From Narcine bancroftii (lineage: Eukaryota), in NCBI RefSeq assembly GCF_036971445.1, contig NC_091473.1, positions 40,486,001-40,550,000 of the forward strand: 64,000 nt of DNA. Direction: 5' to 3'. The notes beneath the pieces are model-generated. The model had not been told where the DNA came from. It saw nothing but the letters and a program-made list of their open reading frames with translations, and did no database searches. Position 1 is the first letter of the stretch. Every line of letters starts with the position of its first letter. Below are positions 25,501 through 38,000 of this stretch, piece after piece. The translations under genes were made by a program, and so were the position numbers.

Positions 25501-27973
25501 ACTCAGTAGGAAACCCATGAGTGGATAAATAGATGAGAAAAATACAGAGAGCATGGTAGTGTAGCGGTTAGTGCATTGTTACAACGCCAGCGATTAGGAC
25601 CAGGATTTGAATCCTGTAGTGTTTGTAGGGAGTTTGTACGTCCTTCCATGTCTGTGTGGGTTTTTCTTGGAGGCTCTGGTGTCCTCCCATCCTCCAAAAG
25701 TGTACTGGGGTTGTAGGTCAATTGGGTGTAATCTGGCACGTGGGCTGAAAGGGCTCATAACCATGCTGTGTATCTAAATTTAAATCTAGTAGTTTCAGCT
25801 ACTCACTCACAGCCGTGACATGAATGAGAATTTTAGTGCTAGAAAGGCAATCTGTGATCCAAATACCTAAGACCCCATCCCACTGAGAGCCAATAACAGG
25901 AATAACTCAATAGGGTCAGAGAGCCAGTCAGTGTTTAATGGAAGAAAAATTAAAAAGACTTCCTTAACTCCAAACCTGTCTTTGACTAGCCCAGAACAAC
26001 CTTTTCAGGATGGTTTCACTATTAGCCCTGACAAATACTATTGAAAAAGTCACATCCCAACTCCAATATAACAAGCCTTCTGAAGTAGCCAGCATCCCTA
26101 TTGACATCTTAAAACTGTGGACTTTTGACTAAAGTTCATCACCAGATTGGCACACCTTTGGAAGATTTCAGATACTCTAATTAAGACGACTTCTGTGGTA
26201 ACTTGCTGCCAGGGTCCTCAAATGTCTCTTTCCAGTGGTGTAAGAGCTGGTCTCCCTAATGACAGGATTATATTAATCTTTCTAGAGGCACAATGCACAT
26301 GACCTTTTAATGTCCAAGTAAAATTCAGGGAGCAGGACCAAATATTCCTGGTCTTCTTTGACTCAATTAATTAGGTGGATACTCCTCAAATGTAGCTGTC
26401 CACAAAATGATGCAAGTCTTGATACTCACCAAAGTATTATGATTAATGTCATACAAGGCTGCATAATTTTTCTCATGCTTTCTTGCTGCAATGCTATAGC
26501 TCATCTCCATGGAAACGGACTGCATCCTGAGAACATTGAACTCTAGTCACCTGAAAACACACAAAAATTAGTTGATGCAAGTTAAAGTGATCAAGAGGCA
26601 CTAAATAGAAAAAGGTCCGAGAAACATTTATAGATAAGAGCAGGAATATGAAGAGGGTGCTCAATCATTTACTGTGTAAAACTCAACCCACTTATTTTTG
26701 CCCAAAAATGTGATATTTTGTATATATCGTGTGTCAACCCCCCCCCCCCCCCGCCGCCCCATTTTTTGGCTTGCTCCCAATGCCTCAGCTCCGGCTGCCT
26801 GCCCATCGGAGCTCCCAACATCTTGATTGCAGATTCTTGCTTTGGCCCTAGCCACCTGCCTTTTGGAGCTTGTTTCATCAACTGTGGACATACCACCAGG
26901 TCCCGGCTGGCTGCCCATCAGAGTTCCCAACTCCTCGAACGACACAGGCACTAACAGTCAAAAATTACATCCATTGTATTAGTTGATCCCATAAATTTAA
27001 CATTAAAAATTGATCTACAGAACTCTGCTTTTACACTAGCATTTGCTTTTACACTAGCATATAGTACATTTTTAATTTGATAATTGTAGGCAAATGCAAT
27101 ACCACATACTTGTAGTTGCTAGAGGCAATCAGATTATGTCATAAAATATCCATGTGAAGTTTTTTAATATAAGGCCCTGTTAGCACAATGCTGTCACAGT
27201 GTCAATGATCAGGACTGTGTTAAAATCCTAGTCTTTTATAAGTTGATGTTTTTCCTGTGTCTGCGTGGGTTTTCCCCAGGGGTTCAGGTTACCTCCCACC
27301 AGTTGAAACGTACTGGCAATTTAGGTTAATTGGATGGTACGGGCTTGTGGGCCAAAATGGCCTGTAACAGTACTACAAGTCTAAATTTAAATAAGGTATC
27401 GGAATGAGAGAGAAAAAAAACTTGTGTATATATTCAGATTCAGAGGGAAAAGCGGAATACAGTACTTTGGATCCTGTTTTACCAGTTTCCTTCGAGTATA
27501 ACTACTGATTTCAAATCCAGATTGTCAGTGATTCATCAACTGTGGACATACCACCATACTTCACATACAGCCCTGAGATTCTTTTACTTGTGGGCAGGGC
27601 AGAATTACCACTTATTGGGAGTGCAAAAAAAACTGTACTCAACATACAAATGTAAACAAATAAATGTAAGCAAACTGCAATATAGAAAAAAAAAATCAAT
27701 AAAATGCAAGAATCCTTAAATTAGTCCCTGATTGAGAACCAACCTTCTGAGATTAATGTTCTAACAAATGCATTTTTTCTAGGGTCCATTGCTGGTACCA
27801 GATATTCATCACATTTTATTAAAGCTGCCAAGTTGCTGCACTGGAATGGGAGATTCAAACCCTGGGGTCGTACTTCCACTTACAGTGAACTTTGGGATAG
27901 GTGGTACGTTCCTGACCCAACTGGAAAATTTCACCCAGTACGTCGACACCCTGAAGAAGAGGGTGCTCATTAG
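13522..27973 (+). CDS. GLT8D1: Glycosyltransferase 8 domain-containing protein 1 (366 aa, 9 coding exons)
   Basis: Exons 13522-13537, 15692-15790, 17204-17405, 17515-17629, 18649-18733, 19760-19872, 21472-21638, 23911-24023, 27783-27973. All introns are GT-AG and phases are consistent, 1101 nt in total. MSFRRVHIL.. TM anchor, LTFARFYLP, YLDDDVIVQGD (DxD motif), CSFNPGVFVANL, KLLHWNGRFKPW. Confidence 0.96.
13829..14620. mobile_element. Tigger-like MITE
   Basis: TIRs AAATCCCCATTAT / ATAATGGGGATTTTACTG-TA. The left TIR is interrupted by an (AAAT)n expansion. Confidence 0.55.
15113..15352 (-). mobile_element. tRNA-derived SINE (V-SINE/HE1-like)
   Basis: Reverse complement of the V-domain (ggaggaaaccggagcacccggaggaaac). 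Same family as 24733-24950, 25548-25785 and 27175-27395. Confidence 0.7.
15353..15540. mobile_element. hAT MITE inserted in the SINE head
   Basis: TIRs CAGCCATTCTCAAC / GTTGAGAATGGTTG with an 8-bp TSD GTTTAGTG / GTCTAGTG. Confidence 0.75.
15924..16685. mobile_element. Solo LTR
   Basis: TGTTA...TCACA termini with a perfect 4-bp TSD TCTT (15920-15923 and 16686-16689). Confidence 0.75.
17817..18260 (+). mobile_element. Solo LTR (same family as 62284-62646)
   Basis: TGTAAGG...CCTAACA, TATAAA (~18103) and AATAAA (~18184), perfect 4-bp TSD ATAC. Confidence 0.85.
19957..20525 (-). mobile_element. Rex1/Babar-like LINE 3' fragment
   Basis: ORF 20046-20456 has ERVLTGCITAWYG...LQKVV..AQYI...PGHALFSLIPPGKRYR, typical of the Rex/Babar C-terminus. 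Related tails lie at about 27560-27735 and 52330-52625. Confidence 0.7.
21827..23050. mobile_element. Tc1/mariner-Tigger-like non-autonomous element
   Basis: TA-CAGT...ACTG-TA termini with subterminal CCGA/TCGG repeats and a GC-rich interior. Confidence 0.55.
23077..23581 (+). mobile_element. CR1 LINE 3' fragment
   Basis: LEYCVQ..., LEGVQ.RFT and VVRVWNKLPGEVV motifs followed by the CR1 tail (ggaccaaagggcctgtttc). Confidence 0.75.
24395..26660 (+). mobile_element. Highly degenerate RTE-like LINE interrupted by two SINEs
   Basis: Remnants of WNV, GFAIK and LLGDF endonuclease motifs and later RT-like segments. SINEs at 24733-24950 and 25548-25785. Confidence 0.45.
25548..25785 (+). mobile_element. 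tRNA-derived SINE (V-SINE/HE1-like)
   Basis: A/B-box head (tggtagtgtagcggtt...ggatttgaatcc), V-domain and (TAAATT)n tail. Confidence 0.7.
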
Positions 27974-29043
27974 AAGGAAAATTGTGACATCATGAATTTG
28001 TAAAAATACCTCCACTCAGGAATTCATTTCTAAAGTCACAATTGTATTTTTAGATCGATTTTGCAAGAAATCCTGATTATGATACTAGTTTTAAACTTAA
28101 TTATTGTTATAAGCTGTTCAAAGCCAGTGGAAACCATTTTTTAGTGAGCACTACAGGGAACATATTTTTACCCTAGAAAGGAATATGTATATATTGAAGG
28201 CTCTTTTTTTGTAACAGTAAATGGTGGTGCTAATTATTACCAAGCTAATTATTTTGTCCTTTATTACAGGACAGAACAAATTAACTTGTTTGTTAATACT
28301 AGGTTCGGTTAAGTTTCACAGCTCAACTGAAATTTGTATCCATACTCCAAGTATGTTGATAATATAATTGTGTCAAACTCATTAAAATTGAAAACAGAAT
28401 CAGGATCAAATAATGCTTCACTAACAAGATTGCTGAATGTTTTGAGCATTAACTAATTTATTTTGGTCAATTTAAGCATTTCATATAGGTGTTTATGAAC
28501 ATATTAAGAGGTATCCAAAAGGAAGTTTGTATTGGTGTACCTTTTGCATTTCTGAATTGAGTTAGGTCAACCATCTAAAACGGTTAATGTGGAAAGAATA
28601 TTATCAGACTTATTGCATTACAGTGTTAAGTTTATATTAAAATGTCACAGTTGAGACAAATTGAATGGTTACAAGTAGTTTTTGTAATTAAAATTCTGAT
28701 CAAGTACTCAAATCAGTAGAAATAATTCCAGTTATCTAGCTGGAGTAATACTAAAATTGCATTCGAGAGGATCATGTACCAAACTAGCCATTTATTTCAG
28801 TGTGGAACCTTCCAGGTTAGTTTCATTCATATTGATGAAATAAAGAATAAGTAACATCATACAGCTTTAAATTATTTAATAACCCATGTCACAATAAAAA
28901 TTGCTTACATTACAGTTTAACATTCAAAAGCGATTTTATAGTATACATTGTATTATGTAAACTAATTAAATATAGTCATCCAAATTTTACAGCAGTGCAC
29001 GATGCACAGTCAGGAGGAAAATATCTGCACTGGTGGTAGATCC

Positions 29044-32000
29044 TCAAACATAATCTGTGTTGAAGTCATAGGCATCCTCCATTGATCTCTCACAGATACC
29101 TATATTTACATGTTTTTGGTTTTGAAGATCTTTTTTCTCTGCAAGACAAAATAATCTAATTTTAAGAATGAGAAAGAAATTAAATTTATTCTACACAAAT
29201 GCCACAAGGTTAATCTTACTCTAATGCATACACACAACAAATAAAAAATAGAATTTTAAAAAGAGTTTCATCTTTGGATCAGAATTAATTTATTAGTTTA
29301 CACTTATACATCTACTCTAGGTTTTCTCATCGAGTCCCGGTCTGTACAATCGAAGAAAAAAAATGAAACACCTTGTGGAAAGAATTTAAAACCAAAAATC
29401 TAACCTGATTCCCGTTGTATTTCCATTTGTTTTTCTTGGAAATGTTTGACTACTGGGCATTTGTTTGCTTTTACCAGTTCAAATGTATCCTCGTCTTCAA
29501 CATATTCTACCTGGGAATTGTTTAAAAAAAGTTACTTCACATCTAAAATACTCAATTTACAAGCCCCCATCCTATCACTACATGCTACAATCTTTCTAGG
29601 ATGTTTTTTTAAGAGTTCCTCATTTTAGCCATGTTGAAATAGCAGAATACACAATCCTGCATTTTGACCAACTAATCTTTTATATTATTACATCTCATGG
29701 AATATACAGTAACAGGTTTATAAACTAATTCTTATCAACCCAGCCCAAATGTAAACAAAGATTTGAATATCCTTATAAGGGAGTCCAGTTTTTTTTTCCA
29801 GTTGGAGCGATTCCCTTCTGAATTTAGTTACATCATTCAATGTTTGTTTTAATAATACAAGCCATTATGTTATAGATTTTGTAGTTACCTGCACCTTATC
29901 CTCTTCCTACAATATGAAATTTTTCACATGAAATTTACAAATGGTATTGGAATTAAAACATTTCACCCAGCCTCAATGGTCTTCCTTGGTTTAATAAGCT
30001 TGGTACTTAAAATTCTAAACAAAACCCTTTAAACCTAATCAGATTTTTTAATTGCAAACTTTATGGATTCAGAAAGAAAATGCCAATTTTAATCATGCTA
30101 GAATCATTAAATGTTCAGCTTAAATATGACGAATGTTATATTGAACATCCTAGAAAAATAGGAAAAATCCCCAGGAAGGAATTTTCCATCTCTTCCTTTT
30201 GCTTGGTTGATCATGTAAAATTGGTTAAGAACCATACAATCTCTAGGGGAAACATTACAGCAATGGCATGCTCTTAAATTGCAAGAAATATTTAAAACTA
30301 ATCCATTTCAAGCATTGAATTCCATTGAAAACTTCAACTCACATTTGAAAGATATCTGCAAAATATTTAAATACACAAACATTAAAGCAGTGGTCCTCAA
30401 CCTTTTTCTTTCTACTCACATACCATGTTAAATACTCCCTATCCCAAAGGTGCTCTGTGATTAGTAAGGAGGTAAGTGGATGGAAAAAAGTTTGAAAACC
30501 ACTATTTTAATCATTACCTAATTGACTCGTTATGTGCACAGTTTCATAACTCCAAAGGAAATGGGCCAATGACAATTTTTCTCAAGCAAAATATTTCAGT
30601 AACAATTGGGTCGAGAGCAATGATTCTCAACCTTGCCTTCTCACTCACATCCCACCTTAAGCAATCCCTTACTAATCAGAGCACAAATGAAAGTGGTATG
30701 TGAGTGGAAAAAGGTTGAGAACCACTGCATTAAAGTAATAACCCATCATAATATTTTTCTAACACACTTAAAGATACACATCATTTTAGGGACTGAATTA
30801 CAGTACATTTATTCTAGCTTTCAAAAGCCACAAAGATATACCCTATAAATAGTTACCTCTGAAATTTGTTCATCTTTTTCCTCCTCCATATCCTGCAAGT
30901 CCTCAGAGTTTCCTTCTGCAAGCAGTCCGTTTGTTGGACCTGTGGATTTGAATACTATACTGCTGGCTGCATTGGGACATCTAACAACTGGTGGTATAGA
31001 AAAAGAGGAAATTAGGATCAGTGGAATGCAATGAAAGGAGAGTTGTAGGATGCAACATGCTTTTGCGTTCTGAGAGCATGCTGTCTTTTATCTCTGCCCT
31101 TGCAGTTATTCCAAATTCCAGGAACAAGTTTTCACCAACCCCACCCCCTTACTACGCAACTTATTAGCAAGGCCAATTTAATTGCATCAGTTGTTTTCTG
31201 ATACCACCCCATCTACTGAAGTTGGTTATCCCATCCTACAAATCATCTACATTTATGGCAATGGCTGACAAAAGTACAGGTACATAATCTTTTGTCTGTA
31301 ATTCTGAAAACCAAAACCTCTGAAAACTGAACATTTCTTCGCCTGTGGATGTCATCTGCACACCAAAGCTTGTGTTTGACGCCAAACGTGACCTGACACA
31401 ACCCACTCTCGTCCAGCACCATGACTCAGTGCTCCTAACAGTCAGAAGTGGCTCTGCTGCTCAGACTTTGAAGACTAAAAATGTCAAAAAGAGCAGCAGA
31501 TGGGTAACAGAGAGAAGCAGGTAAAGAAGCAATAGTGCAGAAAGTAGTTATTGCAGAAGCTTGATTATAGCGTGGGAACTACCATCATATATAACTTAAT
31601 GAAGCAGAAAGGTTGGGTTTTTTTGTAATTTATTAATTTTTTGGTCTTTATCTCACTTCATTTACCACTCCTCCCCAGTCCAGCACCACTGCCGCAGTCC
31701 CTCTTGTCCAGAGATCCTTCTAGTTAGTGTGCCTTTGTTTTGTGCTAATCTGAAATAGTATTATTGTAATTTCAATCATATAATGCACATGCAATTTACT
31801 GCTCAAGGGTGTAGTATTCTAAATTCCAACTGCATTCAAATGAATGAGACAAAGCACATTACCAGTATCTGCCAGTTTATCTCCTGCAATTAACACCCAA
31901 TCATCTTCCCCCAGAGGTGTTAATTTCCCATTATATAGATGGCTCCTTTGAAGAAGACCGCAGAGCCCACCTCACTGACAAAAGGCAAAGGAGGAAAAAC

Positions 32001-35000
32001 CCAACACCCAACCCCAACCAACCAATTTTCCCTTGCAACCGCTGCAATCGTGTCTGCCTGTCCCGCATCGGACTGGTCAGCCACAAACGAGCCTGCAGCT
32101 GACGTGGACTTTTTACCCCCTCCATAAATCTTCGTCCGCGAAGCCAAGCCAAAGAATATAGATGGCTGCAACATATTAAGTTTTTGGAGAGGAATCTCAA
32201 TAGGTTGAAGACAGGCTAGTTAAGCAGGATTTTAATTCTAATGTCTCAAATCAAAAGTACTTCATATGTTAGTTAATCTCCTTCCTCAGGGAAGGATCTG
32301 GGCAATTAACATTGAAAAGGTGAAGTGCCCAAGCCAGAATGCCCTGTTTATAGGAATACCATGGCATTCAGTACAGAGATATTACCCAATATCAAAATTT
32401 TTCACGCTCACTATTAATTGTACATGTTCTTTCATTGCTGCTATTACATTTTCATACTGGCTATAACATTCCCACGCTCACTATAAATTACGTCTTTCCC
32501 ACAGCCGTTATGAATTGTGCACATTCTTTTAATGCTATAAATTGCCGGCGTATCTCCCATGGCCGCTATAAATTATACACACTTTCAATGCTATTATATT
32601 CCCACGACTGCTATAAATTGCTGGTTCGACTTTCCCACGCCCACTATAAATTGTGCGTGTTCTTTCACCATATAAAAATATTCTTGTATAGCGCTCACAC
32701 ATAATGGGGGGGGGGGGGTGCATGTTCTGTAAAAAATGCATTATATGCACATAAATACAGTTCTTAATGCACTGCTGTTACTATTCTATTATACGAAAAT
32801 TCCAAAAAGTGTCTGGTCCCATGAGTTTCAGATAAAAAAATTATGTACCTGTACCAATGGACTTTCTCCCCTCAATGGACAATTGCTAATATGTCTTTAC
32901 AATAAATATCTACAAACATCAGATTAAAAATCATACCAAAACTGTTCAATTATTAAATAAAGTTGTTAATTACCTTTAAGTGTATTCATATTGGCTTTCA
33001 TTAGTTGTGCAACATTAAAGTCTCTTTTTGCTTCATCCACAAATTTTTCAGTGATCTCTGGTGGATACGTATGGTAACTAATCTTAGTCCTTAAGTGAAA
33101 AGGAAACACTTCAATGTTATACTCTGCACATTTTATTCCTATGTATGAATCTACTTCTGATTCAGTAAAGCTTTGCCATTCACAAAGTTCAATGTTTAAA
33201 TAGTTTAATTATTTTAACATGCATTTATAGTTCAGATGGCAGCTAAATTTTAATTACCCAGTCCAATCATGGAGGATCTGTTTGGCTGCTTTCTCAAGAT
33301 CAGGCGTCCCTTTCTTCAACATACCTCTTTTCTGAGCTAGCAACATTAAAAATTCCAGTGGCGTTTGAAAATCTGGGATATTATACTGTAACGTGACCTG
33401 TTGTGGTGAGAAGTTATAAATTTTAACCATTACCATACATGAAGTATAACAGAGAATAAGAACTGAAGATAATACCCAAGATCAATGCCATCCTTATTGG
33501 ATACTAATAGCCAAATAATCTCTGGAGGAACTCTGCAGGTCAAGCAGCATCAATGGGAGAAAAATAATGGTCAATGTTAAGACAAAAACCTTTAATTGAT
33601 TAATTGCTTCAGATCATTAGCCCAGTGGTTCTCAGCCTTTTTCTTTCCACTCAAATACCACTAAGTATTCCCTATGCCATAGGTGCTCTGTGATTAGTAA
33701 GGGATTGCTTAAGGTGGTTTGTGGGTGGAAAGATAAAGTTTGAAAACCACTGTTTCAATTGGACGTGATTGACTCGTTATGTGCAGTTTCAAAGGAAATG
33801 GGCCAATGACAATTTTTCTCAAGCAAAATATTTCAGTAACAATTGGGTCAAAAGCAGTGATTCTCAACCTTCTCTTCCCACTCACCTACCACCTTAAGCA
33901 ATCCCTTACTAATCACAGAGCACTTATGGCATGGGAATACTTAAAGTGGTAGGTGAGTGGAAAGAAAAAGGTTGAGAACTACTGCATTAACCATTCTTTT
34001 CCTCTAATCAATGCTGTTTAACTCGCCTTCAACAGATTGTGCTGAACTTCAGGTTCCAGTTCCTGTTGTCTCCTGTGTCTCTTGGATTCTCAGAACAGGT
34101 TCACTTTAGTCTGTCTCAAATTAAGAACTACAAACAAAAACACAAATTCCCAGGCAAATCCCACCATCTTGTGCCAGGTGGTTTACAGCCATTTTCAGCC
34201 CTGCCAGTTTGACTCCCACGAGGGTCTCAGGTGCTTACAATACATTAACCGCTGGAACAAAAAAAATTCATGGTCTCGTGCGCTGCCAAGTTGAGGCCAC
34301 CCGTAAATTAGAGAAATTATACCTTGATTTCAGTTTCACCATACTCTAAACTGATAACTAATCCTATACCCAAGCACACACTACAGATAGGGCTTCAGTT
34401 TCAGAAATTTTTTTGATTATTTTTTTACTTTATCTGGTTTTATTTTATCTTTTTTTCACCCATCTGTGAGCTTTTTCTTTCTGGAAAATAAAGGGTACCA
34501 TATGTTTTTTGGATTTGTTCACGGAAGGTTATCTTCTATCCGTTGAACAACTTTCAAACAAATATGGCCTGCCCAATTCACATTTGTTTAGATATATCCA
34601 CCTATTACCCCTAATCAGTTAGCTTCTTTATTCAGGCATCTGTCTGATTTTCAGCATTCCCAAAGGACTCAGGACTAAAACTTCATATGAATACTGTGTG
34701 ACCTGCTGAATTTCTCTTGCTCTTGTGTCTTACACTAGAACCCAGAATCTGCAAATTTTCTTGTTTACCACCAAACAAAACATGGTATGATTGATAATCA
34801 GAGGCATCTCTGAATTCTTACACAAAAATAATATTCCTCATTCAAACAAGTTGAATTTGTATGGTAAATCATTCAAAACACCTATGTGGAGATTTCCCTT
34901 TTATCGTTGTTACAATTCGTACATTGTTACACTTTTTTGGTCATTGATCAGAGTGAGATCAGAGTTGGATCTTTAATAATCATAGATTCATTACATGTCA

Positions 35001-38000
35001 GTTATCCTCATTTCTCACTCGATAAAATTGTTTTCCTATTAAATTACATGGATTCCATTAAATTTGATACAATTTTCAAAAGAAACAAAGAGCATCAAAC
35101 TAAATACCTGCTGCTTTTCACAATCCTTGAGTAGGAGTTCCACTACAGTAATTGGATTTTCAAGGGCATCAATATCTACAGCTTTTCTTAAGGCCAAGGC
35201 AATGGCTGAATTTGATGGAGAAGCAATTATACTTGGAGAATCCAATAATTTGATTTGCTTGTCAATGTGTACTTCTTGCAGAGATCTGCATGGCACAAAA
35301 TTGTAGTTACTATAGTGTACAAAGGCAATAATTCAACATCATAAAAATGTTTGAATTCAGAGTTATAAGCAGGCCTTCTGCTGAGTGAAATCAGAGTTGG
35401 ATCTTTAGCAATCACAGAACATCAAGCTAAAAAAAAGTTGTCCTCATTTTTCACTCAGTTCCCTGACTTAATATCAACTGGTTAAAATATACCAATGTTT
35501 GAAGAATCGAAAACATTTGCCAGTCAAGTCAGTTATACCTTTTTAGAACAATTGACCTCGTTTCAGGTAGCTCCCTCCCTCTCACTTCTTTACCTTTCCC
35601 TATTGACTTTTCTCTCCAACTCTCCCTCTCAAACTGTGTGACACTGCCTCCCAGCCACATACGGTGCAAAGAATTCCTTGTCCCGGCGTCATCAAGGAGA
35701 GTGGCCTCCTGGGCAGGAGCGGGACATCAGAGTCAGTGGCATTCCCTTCACTTCCCTCCCTGTTCTCGGAAAAAAGTTTATCCTACGTAGCCGCGGTCCT
35801 GACCACTATGGATAATAGGAGTTGTACTGTACTTTAATTTAGCTAAGTGTACACATATCCAAACAGTCACTTACTTGGTAAGACCTTTTATTTGTCCCAC
35901 ATTGCAAACTCTCATTTTTTTCAAACTGTTAATTATGCTGCTTTTCCCAACATTTGGAAAGCCTGAAAAAAAAAAAGGATCATTACCAGTATTTAAGATA
36001 ATATTGCATGATTTGAACAGCACCAATATAAAATAGATTGGTTTTAAATTTTACCACCACTCAGTTCAAAAACTACCACGTTTTTAAATAGAAGGTCCAT
36101 GACGTTTCCCACGTCATATACTTGTACTACTTCAGAGTAAAACAATTACAACACAAAGAACAAACTGCCAGAACTCAGCAGGTTAATCAACTGCAGGATG
36201 CAGGATTACTAACTGAAACTTCAACTATTCCTTTGCCTCCACAGATGCTGTTTAACACATTGTCATATCTCCCCACCCCCCCCCCCCCGCAGCTGGAGCT
36301 AAACAAGAAAATATGCATTCACTTGGGTCTAATCCATTACACAAACGTGTTGGAGAAACCCAGCAGGTTACACAACATCCATAGGACAGCCCAAAATGTT
36401 GACTGCCTTTACTTCCTATGGATGCTACATAATCAGCTGGGTTTCTCCAGCATTTTGGTGCATCTCCAGCAGTTTGGTTTTTGTTCCTCCAGATTTCACC
36501 ACATACAGTCTCTCGAATCACCAAGCAATCACAAATCAGTTTGATGAGCATGCTTAGCAAGTAACCAAATCAAAGACTTTTTTTTTCCCCTGGACAAAGG
36601 TGGGATGCACAAGAACATTTTTTAAAAAGAGTTGCATATAATCTTTCAAACCTTAAATCAGTGGTACTTGAAAAGAGCACAGATCAATTTTATCAGTGAA
36701 CTTTAAAAGAATTTCAAAAATCATTACATGTACAAATGCACACTCACCCACAACACCAACTTTGATCCTTTTCAAATGCTGATTTCTGCAGTAGCTGCCA
36801 AGAAACCTCAAGAGATTTTCATCACCAGCACAGGCATTGCTATGGAATATCTCCATAGCACTATTCACCTTACAGTTTTTCTGTGCCTGTTCAAATAAGT
36901 CATTTATAAAAATTAGAATGTAGTTATTGAGACGATGCCGCTTTAGTTGCCCATTCAGAGCCAGCTCTTCAGCGCTTGATGTCCTGTTTTGCGGAAACTG
37001 CCAAAATGTTTGGCCTGGAAGTCAGCCTGAAGAAAACTGAGGTCCTCCATCAGCCAGCTCCCCACCATGACTACCAGCCCCCCCACATCTCCATCAGGCA
37101 CACAAAATTCAAAACGGTCAACCAGTTTACCTATCTCGGCTGCACCATTTCATCGGATGCAAGGATCGACAACGAGATAGACAACAGACTCGCCAAGCAA
37201 ATAGCGCCTTTGGAAGACTACACAAAAGAGTCTGGAAAAACAACCAACTGAAAAACCTCACAAAGATTAATGTATACAGACCCGTTGTCATACCCACACT
37301 CCTGTTCAGCTCAGAATTATGGGTCCTCTACCGGCATCACCTACGGCTCCTAGAACGCTTCCACCAGCGTTGTCTCCGCTCCATCCTCAACATTCATTGG
37401 AGCGACTTCATCCCTAACATCAAAGTACTCGAGATGGCAGAGGCCGACAGCATCGAATCCACGCTGCTGAAGATCCAACTGCGCTGGGTAGGTCACGTCT
37501 CCAGAATGGAGGACCATCGCCTTCCCAAGATCGTGTTATATGGCGAGCTCTCCACTGGCCACCGAGACAGAGGTGCACCAAAGAAGAGGTACAAGGACTG
37601 CCTAAAGAAATCTCTTGGTGCCTGCCACATTGGCCACCGCCAGTGGGCTGATTTCACCTCAAACCGCACATCTTGGTGCCTCACAGTTCGGCAGGCAGCA
37701 ACCTCCTTTGAAGAAGACCGCAGAGCCCACCTCACTGACAAAAGACAAAGGAGGAAAAACCCAACACCCAACCCACCAATTTTTCCCTCCAACCATGTCT
37801 GCCTGTCCCACATCGGACTTGTCAGCCACAAACGAGCCTGCAGCTGACGTGGACATTTTACCCCCTCCATATATCTTCGTCCGCGAAGCCAAGCCAAAGA
37901 AGAAGAAGAATTAATTTCCATTAATGTTTGCCAGATTCTTACATTTTAGATACGAGTGGTAGAATATTTTAATGATCATGAAACAGATGCTGGATAACTG

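Larger units (their letters stand above)
31277..32851 (+). mobile_element. Tigger/pogo-like element with nested RTE fragment and repeat array
   Basis: TA-CAGGTACATAAT...ATTATGTACCTG-TA termini and a degenerate HTH-like remnant near 31530-31615. Confidence 0.6.

Noticed and set aside
25548-25625. tRNA gene
   Set aside because: A/B boxes belong to a tRNA-derived SINE head followed by V-domain and tail, with no complete cloverleaf.
29200-29380. Inverted CCACAAGGT/ACCTTGTGG bracketing GNL3 intron 14 as a snoRNA stem
   Set aside because: No convincing C/D or H/ACA boxes inside, and a 9-bp match can arise by chance.
32400-32680. CRISPR array
   Set aside because: Repeats are degenerate, linkers are short and mutually related, there are no cas genes, and the context is a vertebrate intron.
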